In this document: positions 39,465 through 52,494 of the stretch, one piece after another
Layout: each line of letters starts with the position of its first letter
Position numbering within the stretch: position 1 is the stretch's first letter
Source: Nemertoderma westbladi
Lineage: Eukaryota > Animalia > Xenacoelomorpha
DNA length: 64,000 bases
Direction of reading: 5' to 3'
NCBI GenBank assembly: GCA_032718475.1
Contig: JAUCBJ010005264.1
Span: forward strand, 1-64,000
Position numbers and translations under genes: made by a program
The notes under the pieces: model-generated
What the model saw: the letters and a program-made list of their open reading frames with translations, nothing else
What the model was told of the DNA's origin: nothing
Databases searched by the model: none

Positions 39465-39569
39465 AGCCCGGGTAGTTAATAATATAATAATATACAGTAT
39501 AATAATTAATAATGACAATAAAATTAGAAATAAGTCAGTAGATATGTATATTTCACTATAAACCATTGA

Positions 39570-40285
39570 TTATTATTATTTTTATAGCGCATCTAAGAAA
39601 TACTTTTTGAGATGCTTTGAAAAATTATTTTTATTTTTTATGTCTCTAATGTATTTTTGCAAGTCGTTCCAGAGAACAGGACCCATATATTTCACAGAAT
39701 TCTGAGCCACGAGTAGTCTGGTGGATGGGATAAAGAAACATCCGGTATTAGGAACCACGGGATTTGTGTGAGTGAATTGAGCTCAACTTATTAAAATATC
39801 TTGTAAATATCCCTACTTCTCATCTATGTTCGCTTTTATTTATATGAAATACATCGTACATAAGCTTACATATTTCAGATTTGTAGATTTCCTGGACAGG
39901 GAGTATATTGAGTCGCTTATACATAGGTGCAGATGAACTACGGGAATGGCTAAAAGTTATCGCCCTAAGAACTTTATTTATTTTAACTCTGACCTTTTTC
40001 ATCAATGTAGCGTTACAGCTTCCCCAAATTGAGATGGCGTACGTTAAACAAGGATGGGTGAGAGAGAAATACAAGGTACGAAGAATACTTAAGGGGAAAA
40101 TATATCGTAATTTATAAAATATACCAGATAACCGTGACAACTTTTTTAGCAAATAAGTTTTAGTTTAATAAATATTTATTTATTAGTTTAATAAATAAGT
40201 TTAATAATAATAATTTTTAGGTAATAAGCAAAATATGTTCTTCAAAAGATAACCTGTTATCAATATTTAGTCCCAGGTATTTATA
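39570..40285 (-). mobile_element. L2/Crack-Daphne-type LINE 3' fragment
   Basis: KYLGLNIDNRLSFEEHI; KKLSRLSGIFYKLR..FP...LRTLYFSLTHPCLTYAISIWG; NSVKYMGPVLWNDL. Confidence 0.85.
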
Positions 40286-41118
40286 ATAATAATAATAATA
40301 AATATATTTGTAAAGCGCCAAAATTACAATTGTGGCGTACTCTAAGGCGCTGGGATTTGCAAGAGCTCGAGACAAACCGGTATAGATACAATGTGTGGTG
40401 CGTAAAAACGGAACATATTAAATAAGTAAGTAAGTTTAGTATAAGTAGTAATATATAACTATAATTAAGTTATACAAAGTAAGTAAAATTATAAGTAGAT
40501 TAAGACATATGCATATTAAAAGGTATTACTTAGGGCTTAAAAATATAGAGCGAATATGGTTCATAAATAAAAATAGAAATTGATAAACCATATACAGGAC
40601 AGACATACAGTTGTATCATAAGGTGTACCAAACTCAAAAAAGATAAGGTGTAAAATAAAATTATGAAATGACAAGCACATATTACATATTAATAAAATAC
40701 GTCAAGTTCAGTTCAGAACATATATGATATAAAATATAGAGTCAATGTTAAACGGTGTCTAGTAGAGTTAAAATGTACGATAAAAATAATAAAGTAATTA
40801 CAAATGATCATACTGTAATAAAATTTAAAAAGTAGGTGATATTTAATGGTAGGCAGATCTAAAAAGATGGGTTTTTAATTTAGTTTTAAACAGTGCGATC
40901 TCGCTGACGTTTCTAAGTTCGGCAGGAGGTTGGTTCTATAGTGTCGGGGAGGCGGAGTGGAAGGCTTGACCGCCAGAAGTGGAGCATTTGGTGCGCGGTA
41001 CGACGAGTGTGGGGGCAGCGGTACTACGCGTAGTGTGGTGCTCGTGGTGCACAAACGTGATCATTTCCGTTATGTAGAGCGGCGCTCGGTTATGGGGGGC
41101 TTTGAAAGTGACGGACTT
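40283..41118 (-). mobile_element. L2 LINE 3' fragment with terminal stem-loop and (TTA)n tail
   Basis: TFKAPHNRAPLYITEMI...LVVPRTKCSTSGGQAFHSASPTL*N..P...FKTKLKTHLF. 3' end CAGCGCCTTAGAG...GGCGCTTTACAAAT..(TTA)n. Confidence 0.85.
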
Positions 41119-41499
41119 TACTTCTTTTAGTTTTATTATCTTTTAGCAATACCGACTAAGACAGTATTATACAGTAACACGAAGTTTATATTTTGCGTAG
41201 GTTTTATTTAAAATTAATTGGCAGAATGATTGGTTGCCTTGCCTATGCAAAAATTTATTTATACGGTTACTTGTAGCATTCAGCCGTCACCTACTGACCT
41301 ACACGTTACCTGTACTTAGCTTTACAGTTGTTGCACAGCCTGACAGCTGTAGGCCTATCAGACATTCAGTCAGATCAGCAGATCGTCAGGTCGTACAGTC
41401 GTAGACGTAAACCAGTCTGCCAGTGCCAGTACAGCAGTAGTCTGCATGCAAGGGCAGGCAGGGCTAGTTGATGGAATCACTGGCTGACTGGAGCAGAAT

Positions 41500-41587
41500 A
41501 TGAAGAAATTCGCAGCCGGAGCTGGATCGATGTTTAATCGGGCCAAACAGATGACAGAGGAAACCTTAGGAAAGGCTGATAAAACTG
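41500..41587 (+). CDS. SH3GLB1: Endophilin-B, exon 1 (N-BAR amphipathic helix)
   Basis: MKKFAAGAGSMFNRAKQMTEETLGKADKT, donor G|GTAAGT. Matches the endophilin-B N-terminus (B1 vs B2 not resolvable). Confidence 0.9.
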
Positions 41588-42189
41588 GTAAGTTCATGAA
41601 GTTAGTACAGTGTAGGCCTAGTACAGTACCGAGTACCGGTAGTATAAGTAAGGCTGTAAGGTTTATCGGTAACGCGCTACCAGTAGGGCCTACCGGTCTG
41701 CCGGTAGTTCAAGAGTTTGCAACTTGCTGACTTGCGTTTTGCTGACAGTGGCCAGGTGCAGGCCAGGCCCTGGCTACCGGTACTACCGCGGTATCACGAC
41801 TACAGTCACAGTCTGAGTTCTGACAGTACCGGCGGATCTCCGATACCGACACGTCAAGAGCTGAACGGCACAAGACAGCAAGACACAACTCCACAACCAA
41901 TCTGCCAATTGCAAAAATGTGCAAACTGCCATGTGCCATGTTTCCACTGGCAATACCAATGCTGTCAACTGGGCAATGTAACAAAATAGGCCCACGGGAA
42001 CTATTTCTTACAGCAGTATACTGGTATAGATTTACCGGTACTTATACAACTGTACAATCCTGCCTGCAATCTGCAATTCAAGGAAAAATCAAAATGTTAC
42101 CGGTACCAGTCTGCCACTGCCGGTACCGGTTTTCCAAAACTTTGATTGAAGATTTTTCCCCAGGTAAAAAAGTATTTGCCCATTTGCAC

Positions 42190-42445
42190 TAGAACAAAGT
42201 CGCCTCCGCTTTGCAGGACATTGCTTTCGCCGTGAGGACCAGCCAGTGCATAATGTTGTGCTTTGGCGGCCTCATGCAGTCATGGAGTGACTGAGTGAAT
42301 AAGCATGGTGGACAGCCCATGACTTTCTTGAGACACTTCTTAGAGGACACTGGCCTTGAAGATGCGGATGATCTAGCAAATGTCATGGGTGATAGGGAGT
42401 TGTGGCGGCGCAATTTTGTCGACAAGCCGGCACAGCATTCTTAAA
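42190..42445 (+). mobile_element. RTE-type LINE C-terminal fragment in intron 1
   Basis: RLRFAGHCFRREDQPVHNVVLW ... FLEDTGLEDADDLANVMGDRELWRR (frameshifted). Confidence 0.75.
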
Positions 42446-42783
42446 AATGCAGCTGCAATACATCATGCCACTTTCACCAAAAATATTTTAATTTACTTTT
42501 TTCGCCGGGAAAAAAAGTAAAATCAATGCAATCTTATTGATTTATTTTTTCCCTTGAGAAAAAGTACTCAATTTTCTCCCGATTTTGAGGTATACCGGTA
42601 TTCAATCAAAAAAAATAACAATTCAAGAATAAAATCTATATCTAAAAAACCAGTTCAGTTCTACTCGTCTATGCAAATATTAAATCTCCGTTAACGAACA
42701 ATCAATCATCCAACATACACAAAGGGATCTGGAGGCTATGATTGTACGACTGTAGGAGTATTATGAATGATAAAATCAGGCTA

Positions 42784-43683
42784 CACCATGTCCTGGAATA
42801 TAGTGTCGTTATTCAGGTACCTGCGCCCCCCCCCCCCCCCCCCAAATTTTTCTACAAATCTTAGTGAGATTGCATGAAATTTGTAACAGAGTTTGTTCCA
42901 CCTCCCTCCTCCTTTGTGGGTGAGCCAGAATTTTTATTTTCGCTTTCATTCTTTAGCTACAAGCGTTTGAAAAAGGTGTCTCCGTCTATATTGCACCAGT
43001 TACACCGCAGTTATTCTTCTACCTTATAGAGATTAGTTGATAATTGACCGAAAGGTGGCCAGGCCATGCCAAATTCCAAATATGTATATATGTGTGTAAT
43101 CTGAATTTCGTCGTAATATAGCTGAGATATGGGCATTCTAAAGTTGCATGGTTCTACACCCGCGCAAGGCTATTTTATTATATTTAATAAATTCACCATT
43201 TTCTAGAACATATTGTTTATTCCATACGTAGCTATGGGCAACAATGCAATAACTCTATAATCGTACTATTGTATAGCTATTCATAGATAAACAAAGTGTT
43301 CCAGAATATAGTTGATTTGTTAAATAGAATAAAATAACCTCGCGCAGGCGCAAAACCATGGAACTTTCGAACGCTCATATCTCAGCTATTTTACGACGAA
43401 ATTCAGATTGCGATACATATTTTGAATCCTTATAAGGCCAGCTTTCTGACTGTACCTATAAATCAGATTGAAGAATAACTGCAATATCGACGGAGACGCC
43501 TTTTTCAAACGCTTGTAGCTAAAGAATGAGAGCGATAAAAATTCTGGCTCACCCAGTCAGTGGTCGGGAGGTGAAACTATCTCTGTTTCGAATTTCATGC
43601 AATCTCATTAAGATTTTTAGAAAATTTTTTTTGGGGGAGGGGAGAGGTACCTGAATAACGACACTATATTCCAGGACATGGTG
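42784..43683. mobile_element. Foldback MITE with TA TSD (Tc1/mariner-like)
   Basis: TA|CACCATGTCCTGGAATATAGTGTCGTTATTCAGGTACCT ... AGGTACCTGAATAACGACACTATATTCCAGGACATGGTG|TA. The imperfect arms extend over most of the element. Confidence 0.85.
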
Positions 43684-43743
43684 TATGTTAGTAGGATTAT
43701 TATGAGTGATATAATTTATTATATTAGGATCTTTTTATCGTAG

Positions 43744-43886
43744 AATACGACGCGACATTGGCCCAGAAGATACACCGAGCGGAAATAACTAAACAATGTA
43801 CCGAAGGTCTAGTAAAGAACACAGACACCTTGCTGCAACCCAACCCAGGGGCCAGGGTGGAGGACTTTGTATACAAAACTATACAG
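43744..43886 (+). CDS. SH3GLB1: Endophilin-B, exon 2
   Basis: TAG|AA..., (E)YDATLAQKIHRAEITKQCTEGLVKNTDTLLQPNPGARVEDFVYKTIQ, donor CAG|GTTAGT. Contains the LLQPNP signature. Confidence 0.93.
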
Positions 43887-44000
43887 GTTAGTAGTACATA
43901 GACACATACACCTTACTGGATCAATATATACCCAGGGTGGGTGACTTCTACAAAACTATTCAGGTTTTCACGTAATTTATTTATTTTATATACTTTTCAG

Positions 44001-44108
44001 GATCGCGCGCCGGACAGAATGACGACAACGGAATCGTTGGGTAACTGCATGTTGGCATCGGGTAGCGATTATGGGAGAGACGCACCGCTGGGACAAACTC
44101 TAGTACAG
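44001..44108 (+). CDS. SH3GLB1: Endophilin-B, exon 3
   Basis: TTTTCAG|DRAPDRMTTTESLGNCMLASGSDYGRDAPLGQTLVQ|GTTGGT. Confidence 0.9.
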
Positions 44109-47100
44109 GTTGGTGTGACTGAGTGGCAGACTCTAGTACAGGTTGGTGTGAGTGACTGAGTGACAGACTCTAGTACAGGTTGGTGTGAGTGAGTGAGTGA
44201 CAGACTCTAGTACAGGTTGGTGTGAGTGACTGAGTGACAGACTCTAGTACAGGTTGGTGTGACTGAGTGGCAGACTCTAGTACAGGTTGGTGTGAGTGAC
44301 AGACTCTAGTACAGGTTGGTGTGAGTGACTGAGTGACAGACTCTAGTACAGGTTGGTGTGAGTGACTGAGTTACAGACTCTAGTACAGGTTGGTGTGAGT
44401 GACTGAGTGACAGACTCTAGTACAGGTTGGTGTGAGTGACAGACTCTAGTACAGGTTGTGTGAGTGAGTGAGTGACAGACTCTAGTACAGGTTGGTGTGA
44501 GTGAGTGAGTGACAGACTCTAGTACAGGTTGGTGTGAGTGAGTGAGTGACAGACTCTAGTACAGGTTGTGTGAGTGAGTGAGTGACAGACTCTAGTACAG
44601 GTTGGTGTGAGTGAGTGAGTGACAGACTCTAGTACAGGTTGGTGTGAGTGACTGAGTGACAGACTCTAGTACAGGTTGGTGTGAGTGAGTGAGTGACAGA
44701 CTCTAGTACAGGTTGGTGTGAGTGACTGAGTGACAGACTCTAGTACAGGTTGGTGTGAGTGAGTGAGTGACTGACTCTAGTACAGGTTGGTGTGAGTGAC
44801 AGACTCTAGTACAGGTTGGTGTGAGTGACTGAGTGACAAACTCTAGTACAGGTTGGTGTGAGTGACAGACTCTAGTACAGGTTGGTGTGAGTGACAGACT
44901 CTAGTACAGGTTGGTGTGAGTGACTGAGTGACAAACTCTAGTACAGGTTGGTGTGAGTGACAGACTCTAGTACAGGTTGGTGTGAGTGAGTGAGTGACTG
45001 ACTCTAGTACAGGTTGGTGTGAGTGAGTGAGTGACAGACTCTAGTACAGGTTGGTGTGACTGAGTGAGTGACAGACTCTAGTACAGGTTGGTGTGAGTGA
45101 GTGAGTGACAGACTCTAGTACAGGTTGGTGTGAGTGACTGAGTGACAGAATCTAGTACAGGTTGGTGTGAGTGAGTGAGTGACAGACTCTAGTACAGGTT
45201 GGTGTGAGTGACTGAGTGACAGACTCTAGTACAGGTTGGTGTGAGTGAGTGAGTGACTGACTCTAGTACAGGTTGGTGTGAGTGAGTGAGTGACAGACTC
45301 TAGTACAGGTTGGTGTGACTGAGTGAGTGACAGACTCTAGTACAGGTTGGTGTGACTGAGTGAGTGACAGACTCTAGTACAGGTTGGTGTGAGTGAGTGA
45401 GTGACAGACTCTAGTACAGGTTGGTGTGAGTGAGTGAGTGACTGACTCTAGTACAGGTTGGTGTGAGTGACAGACTCTAGTACAGGTTGGTGTGAGTGAG
45501 TGAGTGACAGACTCTAGTACAGGTTGGTGTGAGTGAGTGAGTGACAGACTCTAGTACAGGTTGGTGTGAGTGACTGAGTGACAGACTCTAGTACAGGTTG
45601 GTGTGAGTTACAGACTCTAGTACAGGTTGGTGTGAGTGAGTGAGTGACAGACTCTAGTACAGGTTGGTGTGAGTGACAGACTCTAGTACAGGTTGGTGTG
45701 AGTGACAGACTCTAGTACAGGTTGGTGTGAGTGACAGACTCTAGTACAGGTTGGTGTGAGTGAGTGAGTGACAGACTCTAGTACAGGTTGGTGTGAGTGA
45801 CTGAGTGACAGACTCTAGTACAGGTTGGTGTGAGTGACAGACTCTAGTACAGGTTGGTGTGAGTGAGTGAGTGACAGACTCTAGTACAGGTTGGTGTGAG
45901 TGACTGAGTTACAGACTCTAGTACAGGTTGGTGTGAGTGAGTGAGTGACAGACTCTTGTACAGGTTGGTGTGAGTGAGTGAGTGACAGACTCTAGTACAG
46001 GTTGGCGTGAGTGACGGACTCTAGTACAGGTTGGTGTGAGTGACAGACTCTAGTACAGGTTGGTGTGAGTGACAGACTCTAGTACAGGTTGGTGTGAGTG
46101 ACTGAGTGACAGACTCTAGTACAGGTTGGTGTGAGTGACTGAGTGACAGACTCTAGTACAGGTTGGTGTGACTGAGTGAGTGACTGACTCTAGTACAGGT
46201 TGGTGTGAGTGACTGAGTGACGGACTCTAGTACAGGTTGGTGTGAGTGAGTGAGTTACAGACTCTAGTACAGGTTGGTGTGAGTGAGTGAGTGACTGACT
46301 CTAGTACAGGTTGGTGTGAGTGAGTGAGTGACAGACTCTAGTACAGGTTGGTGTGAGTGAGTGAGTGACAGACTCTAGTACAGGTTGGTGTGAGTGAGTG
46401 AGTGACTGAGTTACAGACTCTAGTACAGGTTGGTGTGAGTGACAGACTCTAGTACAGGTTGGTGTGAGTGACTGAGTGACAGACTCTAGTACAGGTTGGT
46501 GTGAGTGACTGAGTGACAGACTCTAGTACAGGTTGGTGTGAGTGAGTGAGTGACTGACTCTAGTACAGGTTGGTGTGAGTGAGTGAGTGACAGACTCTAG
46601 TACAGGTTGGTGTGAGTGAGTGAGTGACAGACTCTAGTACAGGTTGGTGTGAGTGAGTGAGTGACAGACTCTAGTACAGGTTGGTGTGAGTGACTGAGTG
46701 ACAGACTCTAGTACAGGTTGGTGTGAGTTACAGACTCTAGTACAGGTTGGTGTGAGTGAGTGAGTGACAGACTCTAGTACAGGTTGGTGTGAGTGACAGA
46801 CTCTAGTACAGGTTGGTGTGAGTGACAGACTCTAGTACAGGTTGGTGTGAGTGACAGACTCTAGTACAGGTTGGTGTGAGTGACAGACTCTAGTACAGGT
46901 TGGTGTGAGTGAGTGAGTGACAGACTCTAGTACAGGTTGGTGTGAGTGACTGAGTGACAGACTCTAGTACAGGTTGGTGTGAGTGACAGACTCTAGTACA
47001 GGTTGGTGTGAGTGACAGACTCTAGTACAGGTTGGTGTGAGTGAGTGAGTGACAGACTCTAGTACAGGTTGGTGTGAGTGACTGAGTTACAGACTCTAGT

Positions 47101-48916
47101 ACAGGTTGGTGTGAGTGAGTGAGTGACAGACTCTTGTACAGGTTGGTGTGAGTGAGTGAGTGACAGACTCTAGTACAGGTTGGCGTGAGTGACGGACTCT
47201 AGTACAGGTTGGTGTGAGTGACAGACTCTAGTACAGGTTGGTGTGAGTGACAGACTCTAGTACAGGTTGGTGTGAGTGACAGACTCTAGTACAGGTTGGT
47301 GTGAGTGACTGAGTGACGGACTCTAGTACAGGTTGGTGTGAGTGAGTGAGTTACAGACTCTAGTACAGGTTGGTGTGAGTGAGTGAGTGACTGAGTTACA
47401 GACTCTAGTACAGGTTGGTGTGAGTGACAGACTCTAGTACAGGTTGGTGTGAGTGACTGAGTGACAGACTCTAGTACAGGTTGGTGTGAGTGACTGAGTG
47501 ACAGACTCTAGTACAGGTTGGTGTGAGTGAGTGAGTGACTGACTCTAGTACAGGTTGGTGTGAGTGAGTGAGTGACAGACTCTAGTACAGGTTGGTGTGA
47601 GTGACTGAGTGACAGACTCTAGTACAGGTTGGTGTGAGTGACTGAGTGACAGACTCTAGTACAGGTTGGTGTGAGTGAGTGAGTGACTGACTCTAGTACA
47701 GGTTGGTGTGAGTGAGTGAGTGACAGACTCTAGTACAGGTTGGTGTGAGTGACTGAGTGACAGACTCTAGTACAGGTTGTGTGAGTGACAGACTCTAGTA
47801 CAGGTTGGTGTGAGTGACAGACTCTAGTACAGGTTGGTGTGAGTGACTGAGTGACAGACTCTAGTACAGGTTGGTGTGAGTGACTGAGTGACAGACTCTA
47901 GTACAGGTTGGTGTGAGTGACAGACTCTAGTACAGGTTGGTGTGAGTGAGTGAGTGACAGACTCTAGTACAGGTTGTGTGAGTGACAGACTCTAGTACAG
48001 GTTGGTGTGAGTGACTGAGTGACAGACTCTAGTACAGGTTGTGTGAGTGACAGACTCTAGTACAGGTTGTGTGAGTGACAGACTCTAGTACAGGTTGTGT
48101 GAGTGACAGACTCTAGTACAGGTTGGTGTGAGTGAGTGAGTGACAGACTCTAGTACAGGTTGGTGTGAGTGAGTGAGTGACAGACTCTAGTACAGGTTGT
48201 GTGAGTGACAGACTCTAGTACAGGTTGGTGTGAGTGAGTGAGTGACAGACTCTAGTACAGGTTGTGTGAGTGACAGACTCTAGTACAGGTTAGTGTGAGT
48301 GAGTGAGTGACAGACTCTAGTACAGGTTGGTGTGAGTGAGTGAGTGACAGACTCTAGTACAGGTTGGTGTGAGTGAGTGAGTGACAGACTCTAGTACAGG
48401 TTGTGTGAGTGACAGACTCTAGTACAGGATGGTGTGAGTGGGTGAGTGACAGACTCTAGTACAGGTTGTGTGAGTGACAGACTCTAGTACAGGTTGGTGT
48501 GAGTGAGGGAGTGACAGACTCTAGTACAGGTTGGTGTGAGTGAGTGAGTGACAGACTCTAGTACAGGTTGGTGTGAGTGAGTGAGTGACAGACTCTAGTA
48601 CAGGTTGTGTGAGTGACAGACTCTAGTAGAGGTTGGTGTGAGTGAGTGAGTGACAGACTCTAGTACAGGTTGGTGTGAGTGAGTGAGTGACAGACTCTAG
48701 TACAGGTTGTGTGAGTGACAGACTCTAGTACAGGTTGGTGTGAGTGACAGACTCTAGTACAGGTTGGTGTGAGTGAGTGAGTGACAGACTCTAGTACAGG
48801 TTGTGTGAGTGACAGACTCTAGTACAGGTTGGTGTGAGTGACAGACTCTAGTACAGGTTGGTGTGAGTGACAGACTCTAGTACAGGTTGGTGTGAGTGAG
48901 TGAGTGACAGACTCTA
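44094..48916. repeat. Minisatellite of 29/37-bp units CAGACTCTAGTACAG-GTTGGTGTGAGTGA(GTGA)n, roughly 140 copies, beginning inside exon 3
   Basis: The first unit is the exon 3 end plus donor (CAAACTCTAGTACAG|GTTGGTGTGA). Copy number is estimated from length. Confidence 0.97.
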
Positions 48917-50439
48917 AATCTTAATAAGATTACATGAAATTTGAAATAAAAAAGGTACGAAAAAATGTTTTTTCTTAATAAATCGCTACTCCCTTATAAT
49001 TTCGCTTTTTGCGCCAAAACTACCTGTAAAATGTAGCAAATTTATTCCGCTATATTTTTTCTTAACATTTATAATTAAAATTACGAATTTTAAGGGTCGA
49101 AAAATATCGCGTAATTTTGGCCCTTTTATTTCATTTTTTTGGGGCCAAAAATGACCCCCTCTCAAAAGATAGAAAAAAAAATTACGGCAAAGAATATACC
49201 AATTTTATTGAATTTGGACCACCAGAACCGAAGTTAGAGCGATTTTAGTGAAAAAATAAAAATACTTTTTTCCGAATGGCCAATATTGGATTTCGAACCC
49301 GCGAACTTAGGTTTCATTAACGTGATTGATAACCACTAGACTATGTGACCAAGAGAATTTGAAATTTTCGAGTGACAATTTTTAAACATAAATAACTTCG
49401 GTTCTACAGGGCCGTTTAATCTGATACTTTTTTCATTGGATAGAGAATAGATTTTTGTGTGTGAAATAGGATACAACTTGGGAAAAGACGCATGTGCACT
49501 TAGTGCAAAATGCACTTAAGTAGTGAAATTTTTTTCGATATTTCAAACACTATTATTATTTTTTGGATTAAAATGTAGTTTGGAATGATTTCTAACTATA
49601 ATCGTAACATTTGTTTAACTTTTTATGTCTATAAAGTGACTTAAAATGTCCATGAATATGGTCCAAAATCGCAAATGTCGAGATTTATTAAATTGGATTT
49701 TTGACACTTTTAGCGAATGACACTTGATCATACACCATCGTACATCGGTAGAGGATAAACATAAGTTTGTTAAATAAGAGCCACCATTACGATCTGCTAA
49801 AGTGCACTTGTACAAATAAGTGTGCAAAAGTGCAAATTTTTTAATAAGGTCAAATTATATAGTATTGGGTTATTTTCTTTGCAGATACTTTATTTTCATA
49901 TTAATATGTTGTTTGAACCTTACTGAGCGCAATTGGGGATATGGGTACAAATAACCGGCCCTTATGAGGCTTCGATTGGGTAAATTAATAAAACATAAGG
50001 TTGTATAGTATAATATTATAAAAACCAGTGTGATATTAAATGCACTTAAAACAATAAATAGAGATCAAACAACAAATGGACCGGACCACACAACAAGTTT
50101 GTACTTACTATATCGCTTTAAATTAATTAAAAAGTGGATATTTGGGGGAAGGGGGAAGTTACAGTGTGCATTCGGGGGAAGTTTGGTGAACTGCATTTAT
50201 GCAGTGAATCCAAACTTCCCCCTTTGATATATCATATACCTAAGACATGCTAGGGTGACGGGGAAATATTTGTTACTGTCACACTTTGCTTCCATTTATC
50301 CTATCCTTTATTATTACTCCAGTCATAAAAGAGATACTAATCAGTAATTTAGAACTCTAAACTGTCTTTCATTTCTAAAGACGGGTGAATGACCATGACC
50401 ATGGAAATAATTTTAAATATAATTGTATATCAACTATTT

Positions 50440-51272
50440 ATAGGGTTTAAAATTAACCCCTAAATATTTATAAATATTTAGGGGTCACCTTCCAGACAAC
50501 CCTATCGTTTACAAAGCATATCACCAAAGTAACATGTAAGGCACTAAAGGCGGCTCACTCCATCAAGAACTCTCAACTACTCTCACTGGAAACTTCATTA
50601 GCATTATTTCGACTTAAAGTTCACCCGGTTGTTACATATGGACTGCGCGAAATCTGGCCCTTTCTCTCGGCAACTAACCTCCACTCACTGGACAAAATCA
50701 AATCCACATATCTAAAGAAAACTATCGGGGTGCACAAAAATTCACAAAACAGACTGGTATTAGCATTATGCGTGGAAGACCACTTCGTAGTCGAAATCGC
50801 CAAAAGGTTGAATCTTACGCATACGACGGAATATCAAAAGTACATGTTATGTATCCATAATAAACAGCAAGAAATTAACTCGGATTTCTGGACGGCATTG
50901 GCTTTCTCGGATAGGAGGTGGACAAGATCAAACCAACGGAACCGCCATGTCATCACTAGACTCTCAATCCACGGGTATCACCACCTAGTTTGTAGTTCTA
51001 GAACATTCCACTACCCGAGTAGCGAATGCGTTTGTGAGCTGTGCGGACAGCCGGCACCATTATATCATATACTTATGTGCCACCGCAACTCGAAATCCCT
51101 CAACCAGCTGGCGAACCACCACCTTCACACTTGCACATGAGGCATCGCACATAACTTTTAATTTATATTTATTGGTATATTTTTATTATTAAATATGATC
51201 TCAATAATTTTAACACTTGTGGCTTATAACAAACAGCAATTACCATATTTTGGTGTAATAAATAAATAATAT
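50440..51272 (+). mobile_element. 5'-truncated RTEX-like LINE
   Basis: Open frame 50472-51140: KYLGVTF...KALKA...LFRLKVHPVVTYGLREIW...YLKKTIGVHKNSQN...CELCGQPAPLYHILMC. (AATA)n tail. 14-bp TSD TATATCAACTATTT at 50426-50439 and 51273-51286. Confidence 0.85.
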
Positions 51273-52494
51273 TATATCAACTATTTGGGGAGGCTTCCAA
51301 GTTAAACCCGAAAACAATTATTTCGTTACATAGTAAATAACGTTGTATGTTCTTCTTCCTCTCATGATAAATTATATATGAAATATCTCTGATCGCTATG
51401 CCCTGTAACATTTCACAACCAAAATATTTAAGTGTGAAAAGTGTAGGCCTACCACACTCCGCCCAAACAACCGCAAACGCATAGCCAACAAATTTAACAA
51501 AATATTACATACATGTTGGTTAATGACGAGTGAAAATTGATCGCGTGAAATAAAGTAAATGGTAATTCCGGCTATCCTTCTCTTCTTTACCCAATGGAAA
51601 TGTTGTTGTTATAATCTAATATTGGGGCGGCTTTCTCTCGGTCTATCAGTGAACGATATTTACGTAATGTTATATCCGTAGCTACGGAGTGCGGAATATT
51701 GGATGTATCTAATATAAAGCCAGATGTAATATGTTACAAATTACAATATCTGCGCATTCCGTCGAATAGTGAATGAAAGGTTGATTGTTGTAGAGAGTTA
51801 ATATCATAATAACAGGTTAATAGTAATGATGAGTAAATTAATCAAAACTCATTATTTTCATACCGTGATCGTGATGTATGCCACGATAAAAGATTTGGCA
51901 GTGATAAGTTAATAGTATTTATAGTATTTATATTTATGTATATTTATTTATACATTACCGGTATGTAAATGGGTTCATAAATACAACATGTATTCGACCA
52001 TATCCATCAATATACATACATACAGATCAATATACAGTACAATGTTATCAATAGGACGTCTTCGTGACTGATTGCGTCTATCCAAACATTATGCTCTTTA
52101 TTCTTTGTATACCGGCACACATCACACTCATGATTAATTAATTACTCAACTCTCATCACACTATATTGCTCCCGCTAATAACGTGGTTGATATATATTGG
52201 TCACAAACTATTTCCTGTGTCCCGTGAGACCAAGGCGTTATTTTATGAAAATTCAGGTTCCGGCCGGAACTGAAATCCCGATTCGGATACATCCCTAGTG
52301 AACACTAATGCAGGTTGGTGGGAGTAATTCGATGGGAAGAAATCTTTTCTCAGTATAAACTCGCTCGGACCACTATCGACCTCGCTTCGATCGTTAAAGA
52401 AAATATATCTTGCAAACTGAGAGTTACATAAATTGATTATTTATTAAATTATCTATTCGTATTTCACTTTGCACTTCGCTTTATTATTATCTAG

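Noticed and set aside
44094-48916. CRISPR-like repeat/spacer appearance
   Set aside because: The variable parts are only (GTGA)n length variants, not unique spacers. Eukaryotic intron context, no cas genes.
29147-52297. hAT-like left end (29147) and right end (52297) as one 23-kb element
   Set aside because: The ends are only loosely similar, no shared 8-bp TSD was seen, and they would enclose parts of two host genes.
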